A program made the translations under genes and the position numbers. Positions 35,097 through 44,277 of a stretch of 64,000 bases of DNA are shown here, piece after piece. Below the pieces are notes generated by a model that did not search any database, was not told where the DNA came from, and saw nothing but the letters and a program-made list of their open reading frames with translations. The stretch's first letter is position 1; each line of letters begins with the position of its first letter. The stretch comes from Patescibacteria group bacterium (GTDB lineage Bacteria; Patescibacteriota; Patescibacteriia; SBBC01; CAIJZX01). Where the stretch lies: assembly GCA_038065275.1 (NCBI GenBank), contig JBBTRH010000005.1:103195-167194 (forward strand). Direction: 5' to 3'.

Positions 35097-37025
35097 TTAG
35101 GCGTTTAACGGCGGAGCTGAGTCCATCACCGTCCCGGCGCCGGTGGCGACGCCGGCGCTGGCCGACTGCTCGAACTCCTTCTTCGCCGCTTCGATCTCGA
35201 GCAGCTGCTGCGGGTTGGTCGTCACGATCTGGTCCTCGGCAATCGAGGCCACGATTTTGATGGCGGCGTGCTTGCTGCCGGCGAAGAAAATCCCCTCCCC
35301 CAGGCCGGATTCGAGGAGCAAGTAGCGTTCCTGTTGGGTCAGGAGGAAAGTCTTGGTGACGATGTCGATGGCGGCCGGCGACTGTTTCATCAGCAGGGTC
35401 AAGGCCGAGTTGTTGATGATCGCCTGGCCGTAGGGGCTGAGCAAAAAGTCGTTGACGTCCTGGGTAATCGTGGTCACGCCGAGGTAGTACTTGCGCGAAC
35501 GTTTGACCAGGCCGTAGACGAACTTGGCCGAGTCTTCGTGCTGCATCAGCCACCAGGCTTCGTCAATCACCAGGATGCGGCGTTTCAAACTTGACCGGGC
35601 CAGGTTCCAGATGTAGGAGATGATGATTGACATGCCGATCGGCCTCAGCTCGTCCTCGAGGTCGCGGACGGAGAAGACCACCAATTGGTTGTTCAGCTCG
35701 ATGTTGGTCGGGCTGTTGAACAAGCCGGAGAAGGTGCCCTCGGTGTACTTCTTCAGCCGTTCCACCAGGCTGTCCGCGCCGGTCATGCCGCTCAAGACTT
35801 CCTGGAAATCAGCCATCACCGGCGTTTCGACGTTGGCCAGGTCGGCCTCGGGAGTGATGTCTTTCTTGGCGTATGTTTCCAGCAGGGCGCGATCAACGAT
35901 TGAATCTTCTTCATGGGTCAAGGCGCCGAGCATCAGGCGAAACATCGACTTGAGCGTGATGACCGCCGAGCGGATGATGTCGGCCGTCGTTTCGTCGCTA
36001 CTAATCGCCCGCGGCAAGTCGAAGGGGTTGATTTTGCTCTCAGCGTTGAGCGAGACATTGATGTAGGTGCCGCCGACCGCGTCGGACAGATACTTGTATT
36101 CGTGCTCCGGGTCGATGACGATGATGTCGGTGCCGAACATCATCGCCCGGATGATTTCCAGCTTGACGGCGTACGACTTGCCCGAACCGGCGGTGGCAAA
36201 AACGGTGTAGTTCGGGTTCTGCAAGCTGAAGCGGTCAAACAGGATCAGCGAGTTGTTATGCCGGTTGATGCCGTAGAGAATGCCGCTGTCCGAGGACAGG
36301 TCGGCGGAGATGAAGGGGAAGCTCGAAGCGATCGGCGAAGAGTTCATGTTGAACGTCACCTGGAGCTGGTCCACCCCGACCGGCAGAGTTGAGGCGAATC
36401 CTTGTTCGGTCTGGAAAAAGGCGCGCTTGGAAAACACCAGTCGCGAACCGAACAGCCCTTCGATCCGGCCGGTCAGGTTCTTCAGCTCCTCCACGGAATC
36501 GGCGTAGAGCGTGACGTACAGGGCGAACTGGAAGAATTTTTCCGTCCCTTGGGTCAGGTCGTCGCGTAGCTTCTCGATGTCCCGCAGGGCAGTCTCGCGC
36601 ATCGGGTCGCGCGGGGCGCCTTTTTCGCTGTCGGTAATCAACTGGGCTTCGAGGGCGCCGACTTTGTTCTTCAGCTGTTTCAGGATGATGTCCGACGGCA
36701 CCGGATAGAAGAACATGGCGATGTCCAGCGGGGTGTTGTAGTTGATGATCGGCGCAAACCAGCCGACGGAAATGTAGCGCGGGTAGGTGACCACAAACAG
36801 CGTCTGCAGGTATTTGCCGTTCAAACGGAGGAACGTCGGATCAACCTTCATCGCCGCCGGCGCGATCAAGTCGCGGACGGTGACCACGCCCTGGCGGTAA
36901 ACGCGCTCCGCGGTAATCAGTTCGCGCTCGTCCGACGGGCGGCTGACAGTCGGAGTCGGCGGCGGAGCGCCGGCCGCCTGATCGCGGAGGATGTCCGGTC
37001 GGGAGAGGTTAACGTTGGTGGGCAT
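35097..37025 (-). CDS. VirB4/TrbE-family T4SS ATPase, C-terminal ATPase portion
   Basis: Walker A FATAGSGKS. Walker B ILVIDEAWWL. 642 aa. Confidence 0.75.
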   Translation of the reverse strand: MPTNVNLSRPDILRDQAAGAPPPTPTVSRPSDERELITAERVYRQGVVTVRDLIAPAAMKVDPTFLRLNGKYLQTLFVVTYPRYISVGWFAPIINYNTPLDIAMFFYPVPSDIILKQLKNKVGALEAQLITDSEKGAPRDPMRETALRDIEKLRDDLTQGTEKFFQFALYVTLYADSVEELKNLTGRIEGLFGSRLVFSKRAFFQTEQGFASTLPVGVDQLQVTFNMNSSPIASSFPFISADLSSDSGILYGINRHNNSLILFDRFSLQNPNYTVFATAGSGKSYAVKLEIIRAMMFGTDIIVIDPEHEYKYLSDAVGGTYINVSLNAESKINPFDLPRAISSDETTADIIRSAVITLKSMFRLMLGALTHEEDSIVDRALLETYAKKDITPEADLANVETPVMADFQEVLSGMTGADSLVERLKKYTEGTFSGLFNSPTNIELNNQLVVFSVRDLEDELRPIGMSIIISYIWNLARSSLKRRILVIDEAWWLMQHEDSAKFVYGLVKRSRKYYLGVTTITQDVNDFLLSPYGQAIINNSALTLLMKQSPAAIDIVTKTFLLTQQERYLLLESGLGEGIFFAGSKHAAIKIVASIAEDQIVTTNPQQLLEIEAAKKEFEQSASAGVATGAGTVMDSAPPLNA

Positions 37026-37740
37026 GGTCGTCTTTGATGCTGGAAGTCTCTTCGAGGGTAATCTTGGCGGCGGGTTGGAGCGGCTGGGCGCGCGAGGTTT
37101 CCGGATTATAGGTGTTGTAGTACAGCTCGATCAGGTCCTGGGTGCGGAGGAACAACGATTTCAAGCCGGCCGAGCTGAGCGCGTTGGCGACGTTGTCGAC
37201 CCGCTTGAAGAGCTCGGTGCGGTACTGTTCGAACTGCTTCTGCTTGAGGTGGATGGTGGCCGTCGGCCGGAAGGTGTCAAACAGGCGGGTGAAGAACTTG
37301 CCGGGCCGGTCGACTTTCGGCGTGTAGGGCACCACTACGTAGAACCGCTTGGTCATGATGTCCGAGCCGGCCACTAAGTCGCTGACGAATTGCCGATAGT
37401 CGCGGATTTGCAACTGCAGGAGTTCGTTGGTCTGTTGTTTTTCCGTCGTCTTGAGGGTGGCCAGGTAGCTGTCGATGTTCAATCGCCGCGACTGGATGAC
37501 GATTTGGAGCGGGTAATCAATGGTGTTGAGGAAGGAGGTGTAAGCGGCGATCACCGCGTCTTGCTCTTCGTCCGACTTGAGCATGAAGTTGATCGAGGCC
37601 ACCAGCATCACCGCCACCACGCTCCCGTTCCGGAGGATGACCGTGTCATCGCGGATCTCCAGGATGTCCAGGTACTGCTGGGTCGAGGGGGTGGTTTTTT
37701 GGCGGCGGGGCTTGACCGCGGATGGGCGTGGCGGAGGCAT
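37009..37740 (-). CDS. VirB4-family N-terminal domain as a separate ORF overlapping the ATPase ORF by 17 nt
   Basis: DILEIRDDTVILRNGSVVAVMLVASINFMLKSDEEQDAVIAAYTSFLN resembles Gram-positive VirB4 (TraE/PrgJ-type) N-termini. Confidence 0.5.
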   Translation of the reverse strand: MPPPRPSAVKPRRQKTTPSTQQYLDILEIRDDTVILRNGSVVAVMLVASINFMLKSDEEQDAVIAAYTSFLNTIDYPLQIVIQSRRLNIDSYLATLKTTEKQQTNELLQLQIRDYRQFVSDLVAGSDIMTKRFYVVVPYTPKVDRPGKFFTRLFDTFRPTATIHLKQKQFEQYRTELFKRVDNVANALSSAGLKSLFLRTQDLIELYYNTYNPETSRAQPLQPAAKITLEETSSIKDDHAHQR

Positions 37741-37745
37741 TGTGG

Positions 37746-38237
37746 TTACGATTTTGCCGGTCGTGATGGATTCGGGAGATCGGTTCCCCAGAACGACGAT
37801 TCCTCTTCGTCCTCATGGAAGGCGCCGCCGGTATCGACCAGCAGGGCCAGTTTGGCTAAGGTGGTCTCCGCCAGCGGCTGTTTGGTCGGCCACGGCGGCG
37901 GAGGCGGCGGTTCACGGCGGTATTGGAGCCGTTCATTCACCATGTTGTTCCATAATCGCATCCGCGGGTTCTTGACCGACTGGAGCAGGCTGAGCACAAA
38001 AACATGGAACGGCCGGCCGTTGATCCGGACGAAGGCGAACAAAATGATGCCGATGAAAATGCCGACGGCGGTGAAGACAAAAGCTACCGTCAGGTTGGCC
38101 AATTTGAACAGGATCTGGTAAGCGCCAACAATCAGTCCGCCGCCGACCAAAAAAATGATGAATTGCCGGACGCTGATCGGACCGAGGATCTTGTCCTCGA
38201 CGTCGATGAATTGCGGGACTATAAACTGGTTGGCCAT
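37746..38237 (-). CDS. PrgI/TcpE-like (VirB3-analog) small membrane protein
   Basis: MANQFIVPQFIDVEDKILGPISVRQFIIFLVGGGLIVG.. Two TM helices. Sits immediately upstream of VirB4. Confidence 0.5.
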   Translation of the reverse strand: MANQFIVPQFIDVEDKILGPISVRQFIIFLVGGGLIVGAYQILFKLANLTVAFVFTAVGIFIGIILFAFVRINGRPFHVFVLSLLQSVKNPRMRLWNNMVNERLQYRREPPPPPPWPTKQPLAETTLAKLALLVDTGGAFHEDEEESSFWGTDLPNPSRPAKS

Positions 38238-38414
38238 CCCCGTTAGAGGTTCGACAAGTAAATTTTTAAGCAGTTGCGAACGTCTTGCCTGTCCACGCCT
38301 GAATGGAGATAGTTCTCACGAGCTCGCGCGTCTTTCATCGATTCGTCAACCTCGTCGTAAATCAATTTCATAAGTACATTGGTTTATTTCGTATCTCGGA
38401 AATCTCTAACGGGG
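38238..38414. repeat. Inverted-repeat module 5: 11-bp arms CCCCGTTAGAG (38238..38248) and CTCTAACGGGG (38404..38414) around a 155-bp AT-rich spacer
   Basis: PrgI-like ATG at 38235..38237 abuts the arm. The upstream stop is 6 nt from the other arm. Confidence 0.75.
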
Positions 38415-38420
38415 CATTGG

Positions 38421-39920
38421 CTAGACCTGAAGTTGGCGGTTAAGATCGGCGACCACGGTGAATTCGTGTTCGGATAGATAGGGCTGGCCGCGGCGGCCGC
38501 GGTCAGCGATAATCTGCGAAATGGGTTGGCCTAGTTCCAGGCTGTCCCGCCCCATGGACACGTACAGCTGGAAGACGTCGCTCTGCCGCCAACCGGCGAC
38601 CGCTTCCACCCAGACGGTGAATGACTCGCGCTGGAAGTGCTGGAACTTGTCAAGCAACTTGCGCGCCACCTCGGTCGCGCCCTGTCCCAGGCGTCGGAAC
38701 TCCAGCAAGGTCAGACTCCGCATTTCCTCGCCCGGACCAAGGGCCAGGGTCGGACGGACCACGTCGGCCACGGTCGGACGGTCGGTCAGGCGCGCCCCCG
38801 TCATCACGGTCGCGGCCGGGCGAGCGGGCGGCGGCGCCGGCCGGGGGATCGTCGTGGGCGTCGTCGCGGGCGACGGAATATCGGCCGGACGAATAATCGG
38901 GCGGCTCGGCCGCGGCGGTTCGGTCACGTTCGGCGGGATAACCGGCGCCGCCAACGGCGCGTCGCGGCGTAGCGGCGGCAACGGGGGCGGCGGCGCCTGG
39001 ACGACTGACGGGACGACCGGCGGGCGGGGCGGTTGAGGCGTCGCGGGCGTCTGGACCATGCCGCGCGATTTCAATTCGCCGGCGGAACGCTCCGCCGCCG
39101 CCGCGACCTGAGCGGCGATATCCGGGTCCAGGCCGAGTCCGCCGACTTTCGGATCGCGGGTCAGCAGGTCGGCCGTGGCCCCCGTCTGGCGGATATTTTT
39201 CAGGCGGGCCTTAATAATTGATACCGCGCGGCGACTCAGGAGTTCGTCGGCGAAAGCTAGGTTCTGCGCGGTCAGAATCGTCCGGGCCAGGCTGTCGAAA
39301 TCCTGGTTCGGATTAACGGTCGTCAAGGTCCGCAACTTCGCCGCCTGACGTTCGATTTCCGCCGCGTCATCATCGGAGTACTGGGTGATCGGCGCCTGAC
39401 TGCCGACCGGCGCAGCCGGGGTCAGCCAGGGAGCGGTCGGCGGTCTGATCGCGGCGACCGCCGGCGCGGTCTTTGGCGGTGGCCCGGGCGGCGCCGGCGG
39501 TCGGCTCGGAGCGCTCTCCGCCACCGGCAGATTCACCGGCGGGGCTGATCGCGGTGCGGGGGATACCGGCTGACGACCGGCCGGTGGAGCGGACGGCGGT
39601 TGAGAGGCGGGTTTCAAACCCGCCTCTTCGCCCCGGGCCAGCCCAAGATAATCCGCAATGTCGCCGACGAAGACTTCCTGCCGCAACCGCCGGGAAACCT
39701 CTTCGGCCGCCGGCCGATCGAGCGAGCATTCGGCCTGCAGTTTGGCCGACAGCTCACCGACCGGAAACTCGTGCACCACGACCCGCATGATCAGGTTCGC
39801 CAAATCGACCCCCGGGTACCGCTGTTCAAGGTCATCAACGGTGGCGATGGCTGACGGGGTCGCGACGCCGTCCCGAATCGCTTTCGGCAAGCTATGGAAT
39901 TGTTGCCAGATATCGACCAT
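38421..39920 (-). CDS. hypothetical protein (499 aa, central Pro-rich linker)
   Basis: First gene after structured-repeat copy 2 and the TGCTATAAT promoter. Confidence 0.5.
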   Translation of the reverse strand: MVDIWQQFHSLPKAIRDGVATPSAIATVDDLEQRYPGVDLANLIMRVVVHEFPVGELSAKLQAECSLDRPAAEEVSRRLRQEVFVGDIADYLGLARGEEAGLKPASQPPSAPPAGRQPVSPAPRSAPPVNLPVAESAPSRPPAPPGPPPKTAPAVAAIRPPTAPWLTPAAPVGSQAPITQYSDDDAAEIERQAAKLRTLTTVNPNQDFDSLARTILTAQNLAFADELLSRRAVSIIKARLKNIRQTGATADLLTRDPKVGGLGLDPDIAAQVAAAAERSAGELKSRGMVQTPATPQPPRPPVVPSVVQAPPPPLPPLRRDAPLAAPVIPPNVTEPPRPSRPIIRPADIPSPATTPTTIPRPAPPPARPAATVMTGARLTDRPTVADVVRPTLALGPGEEMRSLTLLEFRRLGQGATEVARKLLDKFQHFQRESFTVWVEAVAGWRQSDVFQLYVSMGRDSLELGQPISQIIADRGRRGQPYLSEHEFTVVADLNRQLQV

Positions 39921-39941
39921 TTAGTCTGTGTTTGAGGCGTT

Positions 39942-39950
39942 TATTATAGC
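39942..39950 (-). promoter_or_regulatory. extended -10 TGCTATAAT (minus strand) 21 nt upstream of the ATG at 39920
   Basis: Minus-strand GATTTGTGCTATAATAAACGCC. Confidence 0.45.
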
Positions 39951-40024
39951 ACAAATCGAGGGCCGTCGCAAAACTCCGCTTTAGCCGGCAACAGTGCCTT
40001 CGGGCCTCCAACCAATGATAGGAT

Positions 40025-40145
40025 GTGATTGATGTTGGTTACTGCTATCACTTTCCCCTCGGCTTCGCCGTATCCCCCTTCTGAATTCAGAAGGGGGACG
40101 CCAGGGGGAAGTGGCAATCTCCCCCAGCATTTCCAGCTCCGCTTC
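40025..40145. repeat. 110-bp structured repeat, copy 2
   Basis: See copy 1 (8335..8455). Same nested palindromes, including the central EcoRI-site palindrome. Confidence 0.8.
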
Positions 40146-40200
40146 CGTGTTGTTGATCGCCTGGCCTACGAACTCGGTGCGGGCGCTTTTTTGTCCGGTA

Positions 40201-40494
40201 TTAGCTCAGAGCTACGTACAATCGATCGGCTTCGGCTTGGACCGTCGGACCGTCATACTCGCCGCTGTGCTTATGAAACCCCTGGTAGGAGGGTTGTTTC
40301 TGATCGAGATGGAGGTTGAGACGGAGCTGGTCGCCCTGGTCCTCGAGGTAGAGGTGGAAGCGCGGGTAGAAGTGCGTCCCCAGCCGCCGCAAGTAGGAAC
40401 GCTCGCCGCTCCGCGGGTCGCGGAACGGAAAGTACCCGACGCGGCGGAGAACGACGTCGGACTGATAGGCCGGGCGCGGGACGCGGATGATCAC
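40201..40494 (-). CDS. small His-rich hypothetical protein
   Basis: 97 aa. ATGA overlap with the upstream gene suggests translational coupling. Confidence 0.35.
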   Translation of the reverse strand: MIIRVPRPAYQSDVVLRRVGYFPFRDPRSGERSYLRRLGTHFYPRFHLYLEDQGDQLRLNLHLDQKQPSYQGFHKHSGEYDGPTVQAEADRLYVALS

Positions 40495-41186
40495 GCCGCC
40501 CCCAGTTTCAGCACCACGTTCTTCAACCGCCGTTTGATGGCCGCCACTTCCAGCGGGTTGAGATCCTTAGTGTTGACGGCGTAGCTGAGGGCGTCGAGGC
40601 TGTGGAGCAGTTCCTCCCCCGCGGCTTCGTCAAGGCGCTGGGCTTTGACCGCCTCCTCGATTTGCTGCGACAGCGCCGTCAAACGCAGTAACACTTCGGC
40701 CCGGCCTTTAGTCGAGGTTAAACGTTCTTCAATCTGGCGCAGGATCGAGGGTTCTTCGCCCGTGTCTTTAGCCGCGGCCGGCTCCTTAGCCGGCGCCGTT
40801 TCCGTTTTTGCCTGGGGCGCGTAAACTTCCGGATAATTTTTCTTAGCCTCGGCGACGTATTTTTCCAAGTTGCCGCCAAGTTCTTTGATCAGCCCCTCGA
40901 CGTTGCCGACGTACCACTGCATCGGCAGGAACTTCCGGCCGAGCAAGTCGAGGGCCATTCCTTTGGCCTTGGTCTCGTCAAGCCCAAGGTCCTTCTTGAT
41001 CGTCGCCACCAGTTCGGCCGGAGTGATGGTCTTAAAGATGACCTTGCGAATGACCTTGACAAAGACGCCGATCTGCTTGCTGTTGATGCCGTACTTCTTC
41101 CCGATCTCCATGTTGATATCAACCGACACATCCTCGGCCAGGATGTCCTTCAACAGATCAGGAAGATTGGTAAAGAGATTGGCCAT
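40491..41186 (-). CDS. hypothetical protein
   Basis: 231 aa, no recognisable motifs. Confidence 0.45.
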   Translation of the reverse strand: MANLFTNLPDLLKDILAEDVSVDINMEIGKKYGINSKQIGVFVKVIRKVIFKTITPAELVATIKKDLGLDETKAKGMALDLLGRKFLPMQWYVGNVEGLIKELGGNLEKYVAEAKKNYPEVYAPQAKTETAPAKEPAAAKDTGEEPSILRQIEERLTSTKGRAEVLLRLTALSQQIEEAVKAQRLDEAAGEELLHSLDALSYAVNTKDLNPLEVAAIKRRLKNVVLKLGAA

Positions 41187-41189
41187 ATT

Positions 41190-44100
41190 TTATGGTGGAT
41201 CGGTGCGGGTGGAAAACGGTGAGAGTTCTTCCTTCCACCGTGCCCGATCGGATTTCTGCTTCATCATGACGTCGTTTGGTCCTGGCATTCCTGCATTAAC
41301 ACGTCCATAAGCATCATCCCAGGCTTTGACGACTTTTTCGGTAATGCCTTCTCTGATGCTATCAGCCAGTTTGGTCAATCCAGGTACTGAAACATGAGTC
41401 TGGAGTTCGTTTATAACCGTATCCCGAGCTGCATCGCTTGAGTATGCACCGACAGTGTGGTCTCCTTCGTCATAATTGTAGAACTTATACTTTCCGCCGT
41501 CGACACGGATTGCCGTCCGGAACTGAGATGTCGCCTGAGGCTGTATGACTGGGATGAAGCCAGTGGACATGGTCTCTAAAGCATTGTGCCGTACACCAGC
41601 ATCATCATCGAAGTACCCGCCACGAGCGGACACGCCGAGCCCGCGCTGCATGAGTATGTACTGCCGTCCACCGATGGTTGACCGATCGAAGCTGGCCTTC
41701 GCACCTCCAGTAATGACCCCTCCCGGTCCCATAATGCCCGTTCGATCGTGGATGGCCATTGCCGCCGCTGAAACTGGATCTTTCATCGTCTGGAAGGTGC
41801 TACCGACCGCGCGGTTGTAGACGGCGGCCACCTGCAGGTCCTTGGTCATCTTCTCGATCGAATCCTGGTCGAAGCCGGCGGTCTTGTGGAGGAGGAGTTC
41901 GATATCCACGTCACCGATGGTTGAGAGCGACAGTTTGCCGCCTTCGGCGTTCTCCACGATCTTGGCGGCATTGGCTTCGCGGTACTGTTCTGCTTGGGGA
42001 GCCTCGTAATCCGTCATGAACTGGCGGCGAGCGGCATCATATTGGATCCGCCCGGTGGCCGGGTCTCGTCGGTAGGTGTGGTAGGCCTCGCCGAGGAACC
42101 CTTCGTCAGCCAGCCAGCGCTTCTGTTCGCTGTTGATCTCGTCGTGGTCGAAGTAGGCACCGTCGCCGATAGCTTTGCGAGTCTGACGGTCGAGCGGGCT
42201 GAGCCAGCCGTTCAACTGTTTTTGACTCTTGGCCCGTTTGGTTAATTCTTTAAACAGGTAATTGGACCCCATTTGTTGTGCCGAGCGTCGATCGGTATCA
42301 TTTGTTGGATCAAGCGCGCGTCCATCGATCCCTCTAGTCGTGCTGATCTGATGTTTATAAAGCTGGTTGCTGAGCTGACCGAGGATTTCCGGCGTAAATC
42401 CTTCGAGCGACACCTCGCCGCGCTCGATGTCGTCAGCCAGGCGTTGCGCGTCAGACAATCCGTTTTGCCAGTTGCGATAGACCGATGACAATAGCAGGGC
42501 TGGATTATTCTTAGCCAACATACTCTTGAGCTTGCGATACTGTTCCGGGACGTTGCCGACGCTTCTGACGGCTAGGTCGGTTATCGTTCGTCCGTTGGCG
42601 TCATCTTGAACTTGATTATTCTCGAGCAACTGCCGAGCCGCGGCGCTGCGCTGGCCGCCATTCATGTTTTGATTGAGCGCCATCGCTTCAAGTTCGGCCT
42701 TTGAACGGCCGGCCGTGTCGAATTCTTTGGCTGTGGCGGCTTGCTGTCGGGCTTTCGTCTCGGCGATTCTTCCTTGGGCTTGTCGGTAACCGCGCGTGCC
42801 TTCCGCTAATCCGCTTCTGGCCGCTTGGCCGGCTTTTTCCAGCGCTTCCTGGGGAGTTTGTTTACCTCGGATGACTTTCCAGGCTCCCCGCGCGCCGGCA
42901 CCCATGGCACTTGTTACGGCGGCTCGTCCGCGGCCGATCTGTCCGATAGTTTTATTCGTCACCTGATCGGCGCGCATACCCAACGCCGCCGTCCGTTCGG
43001 CGACCGCTTCCTGTCGCCGTCTAGTTCGTTCTTTAAAGTACCCCTGCACCGGCGCCAGCGTCCGATCCCGAATCGCGTTCAGTCCGGTCAGCGTCGCGCC
43101 GACCCCGAAGCCGGTCGTCGCCACCTTGCCGGCGAAGCTGGCGCCGACCGCGCCGGATTTCTGGGCGTACTGCAGGCCCATCAGCAGGAAAATGATGCCG
43201 ACGATGAAGGTCATCAGCCGGTCGATGCTCAACAGCTCGCTCATGAAATCGCTACGCAGGTCTACGGTGTCGGTTTTGGCCTGGTCCATGGCGGTGTTGA
43301 CCGTCGGGTCGAAACGGAGCGGGTTTTTATCGCAATTCCCGTTACTGGGACAGCTGGTACTGCCGACCAGGGCCAGGGAGATCCACAGGAAAAAAGCCAG
43401 CACCGGCCCCAGGACGGCGTACTTGGTGAACTCGCTCCACCACTGGCTGGCGTATTTCTCGGTGTTCGGCAGGATGCGCAGGGCGTAGGCGATCGGCGAC
43501 AGGATGATCAACAGCCACAGGGCGATAATCCGGACGAAGAGCATGATCGTAATGGCCAGCATCACGACGAAAGCCACGATCATCATCGCCAGGCCGGCCA
43601 GCAAGGTGATAAAAATGCTCATGTTGGAGCCGGCCGAGCGGCTGTAAGTTTGACCGAAGTTGATCACCGCGTCGAGCCCGAACATGTGCGAAAAGTTGCC
43701 GAAGGCCACGTCGCGGAAGGCGTTGACGAAGGTGATCATCACCACCTGCGCGAATTGGAGGAGGAAGACGGCGATGAACTTGGAGAAATTGACCAGGAAG
43801 GCCATGATGATCAGTTTCCCGAGCAGGCGGTTGTAGCGGTAATTCTGCAGGCGCAGGACGGTGCCGGCCGAGATGATCAGCAGGGCGATGATAAACACCA
43901 TGTTCATCAGGTCGCGGACGATCGGCCAGCCGGATTTGACCACCGGCGCGTCGAGAAAGGTGTTGTAGCGGGCGACGACGACCAGGAGCGAAATGAAGAC
44001 GCCGGTCAGCGAAGCGAACATTTTCGTCATGGCCATGACGATATTGTTCAGGAGAAGAAAAATGGTGTTGCCGACGACGTCGACGACCACATTGGCGTGC

Positions 44101-44273
44101 GCTACCGGCCCGATGATCGCGCCGGCCAGGACGATCAGGCCGATGATGATGAGCGCGCGGCGTTGACCCAGTACCACTTTGGTCGAATTATGGATATTTC
44201 CCCAAAAGCTCATTTTAGAACCAATAGCATTTCTTAATAAGAACCGTATTTTAGCCAAAGTGGTGCTGGACAT
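41190..44273 (-). CDS. VirB6/TrbL-like polytopic membrane protein with large C-terminal soluble domain
   Basis: About seven N-terminal TM helices followed by a roughly 700-aa hydrophilic region. 4-nt gap to the upstream giant gene. Confidence 0.45.
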   Translation of the reverse strand: MSSTTLAKIRFLLRNAIGSKMSFWGNIHNSTKVVLGQRRALIIIGLIVLAGAIIGPVAHANVVVDVVGNTIFLLLNNIVMAMTKMFASLTGVFISLLVVVARYNTFLDAPVVKSGWPIVRDLMNMVFIIALLIISAGTVLRLQNYRYNRLLGKLIIMAFLVNFSKFIAVFLLQFAQVVMITFVNAFRDVAFGNFSHMFGLDAVINFGQTYSRSAGSNMSIFITLLAGLAMMIVAFVVMLAITIMLFVRIIALWLLIILSPIAYALRILPNTEKYASQWWSEFTKYAVLGPVLAFFLWISLALVGSTSCPSNGNCDKNPLRFDPTVNTAMDQAKTDTVDLRSDFMSELLSIDRLMTFIVGIIFLLMGLQYAQKSGAVGASFAGKVATTGFGVGATLTGLNAIRDRTLAPVQGYFKERTRRRQEAVAERTAALGMRADQVTNKTIGQIGRGRAAVTSAMGAGARGAWKVIRGKQTPQEALEKAGQAARSGLAEGTRGYRQAQGRIAETKARQQAATAKEFDTAGRSKAELEAMALNQNMNGGQRSAAARQLLENNQVQDDANGRTITDLAVRSVGNVPEQYRKLKSMLAKNNPALLLSSVYRNWQNGLSDAQRLADDIERGEVSLEGFTPEILGQLSNQLYKHQISTTRGIDGRALDPTNDTDRRSAQQMGSNYLFKELTKRAKSQKQLNGWLSPLDRQTRKAIGDGAYFDHDEINSEQKRWLADEGFLGEAYHTYRRDPATGRIQYDAARRQFMTDYEAPQAEQYREANAAKIVENAEGGKLSLSTIGDVDIELLLHKTAGFDQDSIEKMTKDLQVAAVYNRAVGSTFQTMKDPVSAAAMAIHDRTGIMGPGGVITGGAKASFDRSTIGGRQYILMQRGLGVSARGGYFDDDAGVRHNALETMSTGFIPVIQPQATSQFRTAIRVDGGKYKFYNYDEGDHTVGAYSSDAARDTVINELQTHVSVPGLTKLADSIREGITEKVVKAWDDAYGRVNAGMPGPNDVMMKQKSDRARWKEELSPFSTRTDPP

Positions 44274-44277
44274 GCGC

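Noticed and set aside
42825-44237. Long antisense ORFs inside large minus-strand genes (for example 42825..44237, 3387..4166, 47362..48270, 30300..31184, 1700..2541, 6995..7994)
   Set aside because: These are typical GC-rich shadow ORFs with Arg/Gly/Asp-rich low-complexity translations. They are fully contained in well-supported genes on the opposite strand.
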